Positions 44,796 to 54,574 are shown, numbered from the stretch's first letter. The stretch is 64,000 bases of DNA from Patescibacteria group bacterium (GCA_041661685.1 JBAZTY010000003.1:4606-68605); one strand, 5' to 3'. Numbers and translations: made by a program. The notes: generated from the letters alone by a model not told the origin.

Positions 44796-44824
44796 ATTAT
44801 AGCATTTTCTCAAATACCTGCCAA
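44796..44824 (-). promoter_or_regulatory. sigma70-type promoter for the tail-fibre-like gene cluster
   Basis: On the minus strand, TTGGCA (44824..44819), a 17-nt spacer, then TATAAT (44801..44796), ~35 nt upstream of the ATG at 44760. Confidence 0.55.
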
Positions 44825-44840
44825 GGATATAGCAGACTTC

Positions 44841-44865
44841 AAAAAATCCGGATCAGATCCGGATT
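44841..44865 (-). terminator. intrinsic terminator overlapping the stop codon of 44853..45212
   Basis: AATCCGGA / TCCGGATT form an 8-bp stem with a 5-nt loop containing the stop codon. A T-run follows on the minus strand. Confidence 0.5.
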
Positions 44866-45212
44866 TCGACGCTGCGCCTCGAGTTCTGATATTCACCAAT
44901 AGCTCTGAAAACCAGGGGAGGAAAATCGATAAAGTAGACGTCATAACGGCTCTCTCCGACCAAATCTCCCTGAAATATTAGAGTCCCCGGTTCATCTTCA
45001 TAAGAATAGCTGTTCTGCCTCAGCTCCCAAAGCAATCTCTCCGCTCCAGTCTCGGCCGCATAATAAGCTTTGGTAGACTGCGCTTGAATGCCACCGGCCT
45101 TGATGCCTAAAAAAACGACATAAGCGCCGCTCAGGGCGACTATCAGCATCCCGGCCATGATAAACATGGTCAGAATTAAAGCGCTCCCTGATTTATGGGC
45201 GGATATTTTCAT
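44853..45212 (-). CDS. PilX-N-like minor pilin/pilus assembly protein
   Basis: GSALILTMFIMAGMLIVALSG followed by QSTKAYYAAETGAE resembles the PilX N-terminal domain pattern. Confidence 0.55.
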   Translation of the reverse strand: MKISAHKSGSALILTMFIMAGMLIVALSGAYVVFLGIKAGGIQAQSTKAYYAAETGAERLLWELRQNSYSYEDEPGTLIFQGDLVGESRYDVYFIDFPPLVFRAIGEYQNSRRSVEIRI

Positions 45213-45214
45213 AA

Positions 45215-45775
45215 TTATTTATAATATCTCGAAGTCATCGTCGTCTGAATGTCCATTTCTGACTTGAATTCTCCCTGCCCGAGAGCATAAGCCTTAATAT
45301 TTAGGGTAATCGCCGGCTGAGTCGTCGAAGCTAGACTGGCGTTGATGAAAGACAAGCCTTCGATTCGGATCTTGGCCGGCGAGATGAAATCAGAAACAGA
45401 ACCGCGCGACACCCGAAAACGCTGCCTGTCGCCAGTGCCGTCTTGATCCAAAGAATAAGTGACGCATTGATTATAATAATTCTTGAAATAAAGAGTGCCG
45501 CCATAAGCGTTGCTGCTAATGACATATATCTCATCATCCGGTATCCCCGAACAGACGCCTTCATTCTTCTGCGCCATCCTGATTTCCTTGCCGATAACTT
45601 CTAAGAAATACTTCAAGCTCTCTTGGACATTTTGCGTCGCCAGAGCGCTCCGCTGGCTGTCTATGACCATCTTAAAAATCTGCGTCATAGATAAAATAAT
45701 CACCGAGAATAATGCTACGGAAACTATTACTTCGACCAGAGAGAATCCGCTTGTTTGTAATTTATATTTTTTCAT
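45215..45775 (-). CDS. minor pilin with prepilin-type N-terminal cleavage/methylation motif (PilW-like position)
   Basis: SGFSLVEVIVSVALFSVIILS is a class III signal with G-F-S-L-V-E. Confidence 0.6.
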   Translation of the reverse strand: MKKYKLQTSGFSLVEVIVSVALFSVIILSMTQIFKMVIDSQRSALATQNVQESLKYFLEVIGKEIRMAQKNEGVCSGIPDDEIYVISSNAYGGTLYFKNYYNQCVTYSLDQDGTGDRQRFRVSRGSVSDFISPAKIRIEGLSFINASLASTTQPAITLNIKAYALGQGEFKSEMDIQTTMTSRYYK

Positions 45776-45781
45776 GGGATT

Positions 45782-46279
45782 TTAACGCCAATTATACAGG
45801 ATCGTTTCTAAATCATAGACGTAATTCCGGCCATGCTCCGCCCAGGTAATACTGGAATCTACCCGAAAAGAATGGTCATCTATCGTCTGGATGGTTATAA
45901 GCCGGGAGAACGGCGTAGCCGTCGCAGTCGTATCATGGATATAAAAATTAGCGGCATTCTTTCCCATGATAATCTGCTCAACCATGGCCGGATTATACGC
46001 GTTCGGAGCCGCGTCTTCATAATCCATATAGTACTGGCCGGCCGCCAGCTTATCGTCATAGGGCAGGCTCGCGCGCCAATTAGAATCGCGGACCCGGCGG
46101 ATAAGCTCAATGCCCTCTTGCGCCAGCTGATAGGCGATCAGATTGCTCTTATTATAGCTCTGGCTCTGGATATTCTGGACGATAAGCCCTAAAATTCCGA
46201 CCAGGCCCATGGACATGATGAATAATATGACGATTACCTCGACGAGCGTAAACCCTGATTTTAAAAAATTTCCTTTCAT
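45782..46279 (-). CDS. minor pilin with prepilin-type N-terminal motif (PilV-like position)
   Basis: SGFTLVEVIVILFIMSMGLVG is a prepilin signal. Confidence 0.6.
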   Translation of the reverse strand: MKGNFLKSGFTLVEVIVILFIMSMGLVGILGLIVQNIQSQSYNKSNLIAYQLAQEGIELIRRVRDSNWRASLPYDDKLAAGQYYMDYEDAAPNAYNPAMVEQIIMGKNAANFYIHDTTATATPFSRLITIQTIDDHSFRVDSSITWAEHGRNYVYDLETILYNWR

Positions 46280-46286
46280 ATCTAGA

Positions 46287-46859
46287 TTAATCTAAAACTT
46301 CAACCAATCCCAAAAAATTAACGCGGACCGTCTTGATGCTATTATTTCTTCCCTCGGTCAGCTCTATCTCTAGAGCGGAAGAGGTCGCGGTATTAGTATC
46401 GAAGATATTAGTTCTGGGATCAGGCGGCAAAAAAGTAACGCTAGCCGCATTGACTTCGGTTCCGCCATCAAGAGTTAATTTCGATATCCTGATGTCTGGC
46501 GCTAACTGCGTCGTGCGCCCGCCGTACTCGGGGCGTGCCTCCGTCGCCTCGTCCATGCTCATATAGCCCGCGTCCTCGGGCGAATCTAAATCAGCGAATA
46601 GAATATAATGATCATTATCGACATCGAAAGATATCCCCCAACCGCCGGCCGGAACCGTATCGTTATATTTGACGAGACCCAAAGTATTATTCTGCGCCAG
46701 GTGAATATCGGCAACTAAATTTTGCGCCGTCATGATAAGATCCGTCCGCTTATTAGCCGAACGGTAATTGACTATGAAAAGAGCGGTCACAATAGTGATC
46801 ATGGAGATGCTGACAACCATTTCTATCAAGGTGAAGGCCTTCTTATCGATTGATTTCAT
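46287..46859 (-). CDS. minor pilin with prepilin-type N-terminal motif (GspH/FimT-like position)
   Basis: KAFTLIEMVVSISMITIV is a prepilin signal. It is the first pilin gene after the 484-aa ORF. Confidence 0.6.
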   Translation of the reverse strand: MKSIDKKAFTLIEMVVSISMITIVTALFIVNYRSANKRTDLIMTAQNLVADIHLAQNNTLGLVKYNDTVPAGGWGISFDVDNDHYILFADLDSPEDAGYMSMDEATEARPEYGGRTTQLAPDIRISKLTLDGGTEVNAASVTFLPPDPRTNIFDTNTATSSALEIELTEGRNNSIKTVRVNFLGLVEVLD

Positions 46860-46860
46860 A

Positions 46861-48315
46861 TTATTCTGCTTTGACTTCCCGCCAGATAGGCAGGCCGTAA
46901 TTTATCCTCAGAGTCGTCGACAGGCTGCAAACATAATTATCATTATCCGTTAGTCGCAAAGTTATGGTCGTACCGGTAGCGGAAAAAAAAGTGATTGCGG
47001 TCGTCGCGTTAGTCGGATCGCCGATAATCGCCGAAGCGTCGGTCGTAGTCCATAAATAACGGCAACTAGATTCATAGCAGCTCTGCGGTAAAGCCGGAGA
47101 TATGCTCGAATAGAAGACGGAGCCGCTGCTAGTAAAATCGGTTGATGTTCCGACTAGGACGTCAAAGGGGGACCAGCTGAAGAAAGGAGTGGGAAACTCA
47201 TGGCGGTAGGTCGTAAAAGTTTCAATGTTGCCGTCCGGATTGCCGTCCGTCTGGTCGTCTTCCGCACCGTCTCCATCGTACCGATTATCATCGGTGCCAT
47301 ATCGGTACCATGGCGTCGGCTTATATTCGCCGCCGTCCAGATAATATAATCTCACCCACCAATAATAATTCGAATTATAACTGAGGTTCTGGCAATTCGC
47401 ATCGGTATTCGGAATGATATATTGCGAGGCGACCGCAGGCGCCTTGATTCCGCTCCAGCAGATATAATCGCCGGTCGAGGTCGCGAAAGTCGGACTGTCA
47501 TTAACGACGACTTCATAGCCGGCCTGCACGCCGCTTCTGAGATACCATTTCAAGACTGCCTTCAACGCTCCTTCGCTACAAGCATCATTATAGCTCCAAT
47601 TCGGAGCCGATAAATGCCCTAACTGCAGAGTCTCGATATAAACCTTGTAGTCTCGCGTCGCACAATTTCCGATTCCGCCAAGCTCGCTCTCGCAATTAAA
47701 GCTTAGCCAGCCGAGATTACTCGAAGCGTCGCCAACAAAATCTCCCGGCATGACTCCGTGTCCGGGCAAAGTAGAGCTAGCCAGATAATTCCAGCCTTGA
47801 TTTAGGATTGGAGTAGTGGTCGCGCTATCCAGCCTAATCCAGTCTCCGCTGCCGTCGACTCGCGCCCAGCCATAAACTTTCTGGTCGGCCGGGTTATAAC
47901 AGGCCCAGCAATTATTACTGGGGTTGCAAGTACTCGGACAATAAGCGCTGATGCTGGCGCCGCCGTCCGGCGGCATATCCAATCCGTCCATAGAGATGAG
48001 CCCGAGCGAATAATTCCAGGCGTCACCGGAAAAATTATTGTTTGAATCAATGGAGACATGGTGAACTATGTTAGTGCAAGGCGGGGCATAAAACCGAAAG
48101 CCGGGCGGCGTCGTCAGATTGCCGGCAACGTCTAAGCGGTCGCCGGTCACATCATCTAAGCAATCAAAATATACATATTTATATTGAGTTCCCCACCAAG
48201 CCGCCCCGCGTACGGTCGAGGTCGCGGCTTGTGCGTTATCGGGCGCGAAAAAACAAACGATTAAAAGAATCGCACTAATAAAAATCAACTTATTTTTTCC
48301 CGGAATCAGAATCAT
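46861..48315 (-). CDS. secreted Trp/Cys-rich protein with repeated G.AW...G(W)I.F-type motifs
   Basis: Signal peptide. Repeats RGAAWWGTQYKYVYFDC, SGDAWNYSLGLISMDG, GWARVDGSGDWIRLD and SSNLGWLSFNCE. A 1-nt gap separates it from the minor pilin genes. Confidence 0.55.
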   Translation of the reverse strand: MILIPGKNKLIFISAILLIVCFFAPDNAQAATSTVRGAAWWGTQYKYVYFDCLDDVTGDRLDVAGNLTTPPGFRFYAPPCTNIVHHVSIDSNNNFSGDAWNYSLGLISMDGLDMPPDGGASISAYCPSTCNPSNNCWACYNPADQKVYGWARVDGSGDWIRLDSATTTPILNQGWNYLASSTLPGHGVMPGDFVGDASSNLGWLSFNCESELGGIGNCATRDYKVYIETLQLGHLSAPNWSYNDACSEGALKAVLKWYLRSGVQAGYEVVVNDSPTFATSTGDYICWSGIKAPAVASQYIIPNTDANCQNLSYNSNYYWWVRLYYLDGGEYKPTPWYRYGTDDNRYDGDGAEDDQTDGNPDGNIETFTTYRHEFPTPFFSWSPFDVLVGTSTDFTSSGSVFYSSISPALPQSCYESSCRYLWTTTDASAIIGDPTNATTAITFFSATGTTITLRLTDNDNYVCSLSTTLRINYGLPIWREVKAE

Positions 48316-48327
48316 AATATGTTGTTA

Positions 48328-48780
48328 TTATAGCACTAATCCGATCTTTTTTAGAAAACCCCTTCCCTTTCTGACCATTTCCAGCCGTCCCGCTTCTGTC
48401 TTATCGTCATAGCCGGCTAAATGCAATAATCCGTGGACGAATAAGAAATAAAGGAGATATTCACTTAATCTCTTTTTCTGAACTGCAGATTTTAAAACGC
48501 TGATATCCATTCCGATCTCCAAAAACATTTCTTGATATTTTCGATAGCTTTTCGTATCCGCGATATTAATGATTACTTCATTCTCTTCCGTAAAAGACAG
48601 GACATCCGTCGCCTTATCCAAGCCGCGATAATCACGGTTAAGACTCTTGATTCGCGCCGGCCCGACAATTGCCAGAGAAACATCGCTCTTCTTCTTATAA
48701 GCGCGCGCGAACTTATCCGCGATGTCTTCAAGCCTCTTCGCGTTTATTCTTTCTTTAGTAGTATTATTTATTTCTAACAT
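48328..48780 (-). CDS. ybeY: rRNA maturation endoribonuclease YbeY
   Basis: The metal-binding motif HGLLHLAGYDD and the ~150-aa size. Confidence 0.85.
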   Translation of the reverse strand: MLEINNTTKERINAKRLEDIADKFARAYKKKSDVSLAIVGPARIKSLNRDYRGLDKATDVLSFTEENEVIINIADTKSYRKYQEMFLEIGMDISVLKSAVQKKRLSEYLLYFLFVHGLLHLAGYDDKTEAGRLEMVRKGRGFLKKIGLVL

Positions 48781-48794
48781 AGAGGATTTTTTAT

Positions 48795-49823
48795 TTATAT
48801 CAATCTTCTTATTTTTCTAATAAATTCATAAAAACCATATAAAACAGGGGAAAAAATCACATCATGAGTTCCGGAATAATTCTCGATTCGACCGCCGAAA
48901 CCGAGCTTAAAGCGCGTTACCCCCGGCCACTTCTTCTCGTCGATGCCATAAAAATCATAGTATTTATAGCCTTCTTTTTTAGCTATTTTTATCAGAGACC
49001 ACTGTAATAAATATGGCGCCATAACATTGCGGAATTCGTTATCGCTCGCACCATGCATATAGGTTACTTTATCACCCCAGAAACAGAACATGCCGGCGGC
49101 AATATTCCTGCCCTCATAAGAAGCAAAAAATAATCTAATAAAATTCGAATTAGCCTGCCCGCTCAAACCGCTCTTAACATTCCTGTCCGTTGCTCGATTT
49201 TCTAGTAAACTGCGATAATGCTCGGCGCTATGCAGACGAAAATCATCGCGCTCTCCGGTCAAATTCATCAGGCGCCAGAATTCCGGAAAATCTTCGCTGC
49301 TTCCCTCTTTTATCTCTATGCCCTTCTTAGTGGCCAGATTAATATTATAGCGGGTCTTCTGATGCATGGCTTTGAGCAGGTCATCTTCATTTAAAGTTAA
49401 ATCTAAAATCAGGGTCTGCTTGGGTTGCAAGTCCAGAGTCTTCTCGATTTTGAAACGGCGGCTCGCGATCTTTTCTTTCGGCTCTATCCTGAAAAAAACC
49501 GCGCGCTTATCCAGCTTTTTCAATTCCAATAGTAAAAAATCTTCAGCTTTCGCCCTCTCTTCTTTTGACAAGCCAGATTTAAAAACGATTCCGCGCGGCG
49601 AATACCAATAGTGATAACCGCCTGGAAGCGAATTCTTGATGATGGTCGCGGCGGCTAAAATATTCCCTTCCGATCGCGCCCCGATCCGAAGAATTTCAGC
49701 TTTTTCCGCTTGCAATAATTCGCCCCATTGCCAAGACTGCAGGAACTCAGCTCCGCGCGCGTCAGCGATACCTTCAATAAAAGCGTCTAGCTCTTCTTTT
49801 TTCGTGAAATAAAACGATTCCAT
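48795..49823 (-). CDS. FemAB-family peptidoglycan interpeptide bridge aminoacyltransferase
   Basis: FLQSWQWGE, the HQKTRYNI region and APYLLQWSLIKIAKKEGYKYYDFYGI are typical FemX/FemAB patterns. Start MESFYF at 49823 is preferred. Confidence 0.8.
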   Translation of the reverse strand: MESFYFTKKEELDAFIEGIADARGAEFLQSWQWGELLQAEKAEILRIGARSEGNILAAATIIKNSLPGGYHYWYSPRGIVFKSGLSKEERAKAEDFLLLELKKLDKRAVFFRIEPKEKIASRRFKIEKTLDLQPKQTLILDLTLNEDDLLKAMHQKTRYNINLATKKGIEIKEGSSEDFPEFWRLMNLTGERDDFRLHSAEHYRSLLENRATDRNVKSGLSGQANSNFIRLFFASYEGRNIAAGMFCFWGDKVTYMHGASDNEFRNVMAPYLLQWSLIKIAKKEGYKYYDFYGIDEKKWPGVTRFKLGFGGRIENYSGTHDVIFSPVLYGFYEFIRKIRRLI

Positions 49824-49921
49824 ACTCCGATTATAGCATACAATCTTCAATCTTTTCCAGCCGACAGAATACAAAAAGAGCCGAAAAACGGCTCTTTTAG
49901 AAGTCCTAAATTATAGTATCC

Positions 49922-50368
49922 TTAGTTAATGCCAGCCGGAGTAGCCGTTTGCATCACATTACCGGTAATGGCATTAACGGTCGCGCCTAGGCAGTATCTA
50001 ATAGTATAAGATACGTTACCGCCGGTCGTGGCTGTCTGTCTGGCATAAGTATAAGCCGTTACGTCGCTGCCGCAAACCGAGCCATCGGTCGGAAGCGGAG
50101 CGCTAGGAACCTGGCGAAGGAAGACGCCGTTGCCGCTGGCGATAGCTTGGCCCGGAGCCACAGAAGCGTCGACCGGGTAATCGCTCGTATCGTTGTAATA
50201 CATTTCTAGAGCAGTCTGGATCTGCTTAACGTCAGAGATACGCTTAGCATCGCGCGCTCTGGCTCTGGCCGTGTTCAAGGCTAGAATAGAAAGGGTCGAT
50301 AGCAAGCCGATAATGGCGATAACTACCAACAATTCAATTAAAGTAAAGCCTGATTTATTATTTTTCAT
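49922..50368 (-). CDS. type IV pilin (major pilin candidate)
   Basis: MKNNKSGFTLIELLVVIAIIGLLSTL is a canonical class III signal. GAGAGGAGG lies 7 nt upstream of the ATG at 50368. Confidence 0.8.
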   Translation of the reverse strand: MKNNKSGFTLIELLVVIAIIGLLSTLSILALNTARARARDAKRISDVKQIQTALEMYYNDTSDYPVDASVAPGQAIASGNGVFLRQVPSAPLPTDGSVCGSDVTAYTYARQTATTGGNVSYTIRYCLGATVNAITGNVMQTATPAGIN

Positions 50369-50548
50369 ATTAGAGCCTCCTCTCAAAATTAGCGATTCTA
50401 GCCTTAATTAAAAAATTAAGAGAATGGCTAAAGATGAATTTAATTTTTAATATTTATGTTAACAAATTTTATAATTTCGCTCATTAACAGCAATTATCTA
50501 TAGTATAACATTATTAATATCCGGACGCAATACTTCCGAGGACTTGGG

Positions 50549-51754
50549 CTAGAACTGGCTAGCTAAGTTATACATCGGCAAGAGCACGGCCGCGACCATG
50601 ACACCGACGCCGGCGCCCATCAGGACCATGATGAGCGGCTCCATTAATTTACTCAGATTATCTAGCATATTACTACTTTCTCTGGTATAAAATGAGGTAA
50701 TGCGATCCAGCACAGAATCAATCTTACCGGTCTTTTCTCCGACGGAGATCATTTGCGGCACCATTTTCGGGACATAGCTGGAGGCCTCAAAAACAGTCGA
50801 GAAAGGATTACCATCATTGATTGATTCCAAAGTTTCTAGAATCAATTCCTTATAGATAAGGTTGCCGACGACTTCTGCGACTATCTCTAAGCTGCGCGTA
50901 ATCGTGACGCCGCCTTTTAATAAAGTCGACAAAGAGCGGGAAAAGCGCATCAGGTATATATATTGGAAGAGCTTGCCAAAGATCGGCATCTTTAATTTCA
51001 TTATATCAATGTTCCTCCGTCCGTTATAAGTCTTGAGATAAAACTTAATAGCGATGACGAGCCCGATTAGAGCAGAGATTATCAGCACCGAATAATTTCT
51101 GAGAAAATCAGAAGCGCCGATGACTATGCGGGTCGAGAGTGGCAGCTCAGCCCCAGTTTCCGTTAAAATCGCGGTCAGATTAGGAATGACATAAACCATC
51201 AAGACGATACCGACTCCGAATAAGGCGGAAATAATAAAAATAGGGTATATCATCGCTCCCTTGATCTTAGACGCCATGTCATAGCTCTTTTCCATCTCGT
51301 CAGCTAAATAGCTCAAAACTTCATCTAATTTTCCCGAGGTTTCGCCGGACCTGACGATATTGATAAAAAATTCAGAAAATACTTTCGGCCGCTTCGCCAA
51401 GGCGTCAGACAAGAAAGCGCCGCCATCGACTTCAAAAGCGATTTCCGAAATCATGTTCTTAAGCGAGATATTATTCGTCTGATCGATTAGAATCATGAGC
51501 GACTCCACGACCGGAACGCTGGCCGAAATCATGACCGAGAATTGGCGCGAAAAAATGACTAAGTCCTTGGTCTTGATCGGAGCGATCAGCCGAGACATCT
51601 TATTCAACGGTGTGTTCGTAATATCCGCTAAACTGACGATGGCCAAATCTTTCTTGCTTAATTTGGCGGATACTTCACTTTCCGACAAGCCGACGACGGT
51701 CCCGCTTTTCGCTTTTCCGTTAGAGTCTTTAGCTTGATATTTAAAAATCGGCAT
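50549..51754 (-). CDS. pilC: type IV pilus platform protein (GspF/PilC family)
   Basis: MPIFKYQAKDSNGK start, two T2SS-F repeats (SRQFSVMISASVPV and FSRSLSTLLKGGVTI) and three TM regions. Confidence 0.88.
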   Translation of the reverse strand: MPIFKYQAKDSNGKAKSGTVVGLSESEVSAKLSKKDLAIVSLADITNTPLNKMSRLIAPIKTKDLVIFSRQFSVMISASVPVVESLMILIDQTNNISLKNMISEIAFEVDGGAFLSDALAKRPKVFSEFFINIVRSGETSGKLDEVLSYLADEMEKSYDMASKIKGAMIYPIFIISALFGVGIVLMVYVIPNLTAILTETGAELPLSTRIVIGASDFLRNYSVLIISALIGLVIAIKFYLKTYNGRRNIDIMKLKMPIFGKLFQYIYLMRFSRSLSTLLKGGVTITRSLEIVAEVVGNLIYKELILETLESINDGNPFSTVFEASSYVPKMVPQMISVGEKTGKIDSVLDRITSFYTRESSNMLDNLSKLMEPLIMVLMGAGVGVMVAAVLLPMYNLASQF

Positions 51755-51764
51755 AAAACAGAGG

Positions 51765-53522
51765 TTAGCTTTCAATTACTCTTAAAACTTCTTCCATCGT
51801 GGTCTTCCCTTGCAAAATCTTAATAATTCCATCCTGTTTAATCGACAGGAAGTCCTCGGTCTGCTTAACCGTATTGATATCGAGATTAACCTTACCCTCG
51901 TCGATGATCTGGCGCAGCTTATCATTTATTTCAATCACTTCCGCGATCGCGACGCGACTGGAATAGCCGGTCATCTCGCAGCGCGGACAGCCGACCGCCT
52001 TATAAACCTTATAGCTATCTAGAGGCCTATCGATATCCTTTAAACCAGGCAATTCATCCTGGACTATCTTTAGAGGGGCATTTTTCAATTCAGCGATGAC
52101 TTCATTAACCGCTTCATCAGTCAGCTTCGTCTCTTGCTTGCAATTCTCGCATAAGCGACGCGCCAAGCGCTGGGCCACAACAGTTTTTAGGGTTGAAGAC
52201 AGCAAGAAGCGTTCAATCTTCATATCTAGAAGACGGAAGACGGCCCCCAAAGCATCGTTAGTATGCAGAGTCGATAAGACGAGATGGCCGGTAAGCGAGG
52301 CATTAATAGAGAGATCGGCCGTTTCTTCATCGCGGACTTCGCCGACCATGATGATGTTCGGATCTTGGCGCAAAAGAGAGCGCAAACCATTAGCGAAAGA
52401 GAAGCCGATCTTCGGCCGGACCTGCGACTGATTGATGCCTTTAATCTCATATTCGATCGGATCTTCGAGGGTTGAGATATTTACCCCTTCCTGATTCAAT
52501 ATTTCGAGCATCGCATAAAGAGTGGTAGTTTTACCGCTGCCAGTCGGGCCGGTGACTAGAAAAATCCCGCTCGTTTTTTTAATGCCCTCATTGATGCGCT
52601 TTAACGCCAACTTATTGAACCCCAATTCTTCAAGGCCGGGAGCGCCCTTAGAAACATCAAGAATTCTCATAACGACCTTCTCATTGCTAGCGAGCGGCAA
52701 AGTCGAGACGCGGAAATCGATTTCCCGATTATTGACGATCAGGCGGATGCGGCCGTCCTGCGGCACGCGCGTCTCGTCTAATTTAAGCTTGCCCAAGACC
52801 TTGATGCGGGCGATAATCGCGTTATGGATGCTTTTGGGTAGAGTCAGCGAAGTATGCAAGATACCGTCGATACGATAGCGGACGCGGCTTTCCTTAGCGA
52901 ACGGCTCGATATGGATATCGGAAGCGCGCGCTTCCACGGCGTGACGGATAATGACGGAAACGATGCGTGAAACCGGAGCGCTATTGATATCCTCCGTGCT
53001 AAGCTCTTCATTTTCAGTCTTGACAGCCACCAACTCATCCCCCTCTTCCTTAGCTTTTATTTCTAAGGCGCTAGAGATTTCTTCTTCAATCTTCTGATAT
53101 TGCTTGAAAATCTTCTGCCAGCTGGCGTTAGATATAAGGAAATATCTGACTTGGAGCTTCTCATCGGCCGCCAAGAAATTAACTGCTTCCATCGCCTTCA
53201 GATTAGGCTCGACGAGGCCAATTTTCAAAACATTGCCCTCCCGGCCGAAGCAGATAACCTTATAAGTCTTAGCAATCTCTTCCGGCAAAAACCTAACCGT
53301 CTCTTCTGGGACTTCTTCATTCATCAGGTTATAGAAAGGCATGCCATAAAGATCAGCGCGTGCTTCGGTCAGCTGCTCGTCAGAAACTATCTTCTGAGCT
53401 AACAAAAAAGAACCTAGGTCTTCCTTGTTCTTCAAAGGAGCTTGCTTGATCTCTTCCGCCTTGGCGGCATCAATCAGCTTCTTGGATAATAATAGATTGA
53501 TCAGCTGTTCATTCTTATCCAT
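51765..53522 (-). CDS. pilB: type IV pilus assembly ATPase (GspE/PilB family)
   Basis: Walker A GPTGSGKTTT, Asp box, Walker B MVGEVRD, His box and the tetracysteine CENC ... CPRC. The ATG at 53522 is preferred to the 53678 track start. Confidence 0.9.
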   Translation of the reverse strand: MDKNEQLINLLLSKKLIDAAKAEEIKQAPLKNKEDLGSFLLAQKIVSDEQLTEARADLYGMPFYNLMNEEVPEETVRFLPEEIAKTYKVICFGREGNVLKIGLVEPNLKAMEAVNFLAADEKLQVRYFLISNASWQKIFKQYQKIEEEISSALEIKAKEEGDELVAVKTENEELSTEDINSAPVSRIVSVIIRHAVEARASDIHIEPFAKESRVRYRIDGILHTSLTLPKSIHNAIIARIKVLGKLKLDETRVPQDGRIRLIVNNREIDFRVSTLPLASNEKVVMRILDVSKGAPGLEELGFNKLALKRINEGIKKTSGIFLVTGPTGSGKTTTLYAMLEILNQEGVNISTLEDPIEYEIKGINQSQVRPKIGFSFANGLRSLLRQDPNIIMVGEVRDEETADLSINASLTGHLVLSTLHTNDALGAVFRLLDMKIERFLLSSTLKTVVAQRLARRLCENCKQETKLTDEAVNEVIAELKNAPLKIVQDELPGLKDIDRPLDSYKVYKAVGCPRCEMTGYSSRVAIAEVIEINDKLRQIIDEGKVNLDINTVKQTEDFLSIKQDGIIKILQGKTTMEEVLRVIES

Positions 53523-53526
53523 AAGG

Positions 53527-53928
53527 TTATTTCTTCTCGACATTGAAAGGCAGGCTATTCCCCTGGACGCAGCTGGCCGCGGCCGCTTCTTCCGTGCTCG
53601 TCGCCGCCATGCCGGAAACAGTCTGAGGAGAGACAGTCTTGCTGGTAACAACATCCGGACGCCAACAAATATTGTCAAAATTAAAATTAGTGACTTGATT
53701 GACCAACGCGGTAAAGCGCGGTAATTTCAGAATGCTCGTATCAAGCGCGCTCGAGCTCGCTACCGTCACTACAGTCGCGCTAATATCGCTGACCTTGGCG
53801 GCCGAGTCCACGCCTGTCTGCTGGCGCAGGACCCCTAAGATAGAATCCTTAAAAATAAAAAGCGCCAGTCCTCCTAAGATGACTAGGATAATGATAACAT
53901 AGAGGATGACAGGAGAATTCTTTTTCAT
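53527..53928 (-). CDS. membrane-anchored hypothetical protein (133 aa) within the pilus operon
   Basis: The start MKKNSPVILYVIIILVILGG lies just after the PilO-like stop. No family recognised (positionally PilP-like). Confidence 0.45.
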   Translation of the reverse strand: MKKNSPVILYVIIILVILGGLALFIFKDSILGVLRQQTGVDSAAKVSDISATVVTVASSSALDTSILKLPRFTALVNQVTNFNFDNICWRPDVVTSKTVSPQTVSGMAATSTEEAAAASCVQGNSLPFNVEKK

Positions 53929-53932
53929 ATCT

Positions 53933-54574
53933 CTAGACGGACTGATAATAATAAGTAGTAATAGTGACGGCGGCGGAATCATCGGCGGGCGAGAATTCTA
54001 TGCTCGTCACGTCGAAGAGGCGGAGATTGCTTTCGAGCAAGCGCAATAGATTCTTGAATCCGGGATAATCAATCGAGCTGATATTAAGCTGTAGGCTGAT
54101 AGTACCAATCTTCTTATTCAGAATCGGGGCCGAGGCGGCCGTAGCCGTGCCTTCTTCGGTAACTATAGGCGCTGCGGCCTTCTTTCCCTCGTCCTGAGAG
54201 ATGGCGATATCAGAAATCAGCCAGCCGCCGCGGCCGATAATCTCCTCTAGCTCCCCGAACAGCCTTTCCCGGACATAGGCATCCGGCAAAACACTGTTGA
54301 ATTTTTGCAGATCAGCCGGACTTATCTTCTTATATATCTCGGAAACGGCTTTAAGGCTAGCTAGCCTCTTCTGAGTCGTCTCGAACAAGATCTGTTTTTC
54401 TTCGGTGTTCACGCTAATCGCCGCTTGCGTCGCGCGAAATTTCGGTCCCAAAAATACTAAATAAGCGATAAACAAGAAAAATATCAAGGCGGCCGCCAAC
54501 ATGATATTGAAATAATCATTCAGAAACACATTCAGGCTATTCTGTTTTTTAACCGGCTGGTTAGACATAATCAT
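53933..54574 (-). CDS. PilO-like pilus alignment protein
   Basis: Single TM, then a coiled-coil and an alpha/beta domain. A 4-nt start/stop overlap with the upstream PilN-like gene. The call rests on position and topology. Confidence 0.5.
   Translation of the reverse strand: MIMSNQPVKKQNSLNVFLNDYFNIMLAAALIFFLFIAYLVFLGPKFRATQAAISVNTEEKQILFETTQKRLASLKAVSEIYKKISPADLQKFNSVLPDAYVRERLFGELEEIIGRGGWLISDIAISQDEGKKAAAPIVTEEGTATAASAPILNKKIGTISLQLNISSIDYPGFKNLLRLLESNLRLFDVTSIEFSPADDSAAVTITTYYYQSV

Noticed and set aside
53523-53678. 52-codon N-terminal extension of the PilB ORF (track start 53678)
   Set aside because: The Arg/Pro-rich extension overlaps the upstream gene's 3' end out of frame. PilB-like sequence starts at MDKNEQ (53522), 5 nt after the upstream stop. 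An alternative ATG at 53543 is possible.
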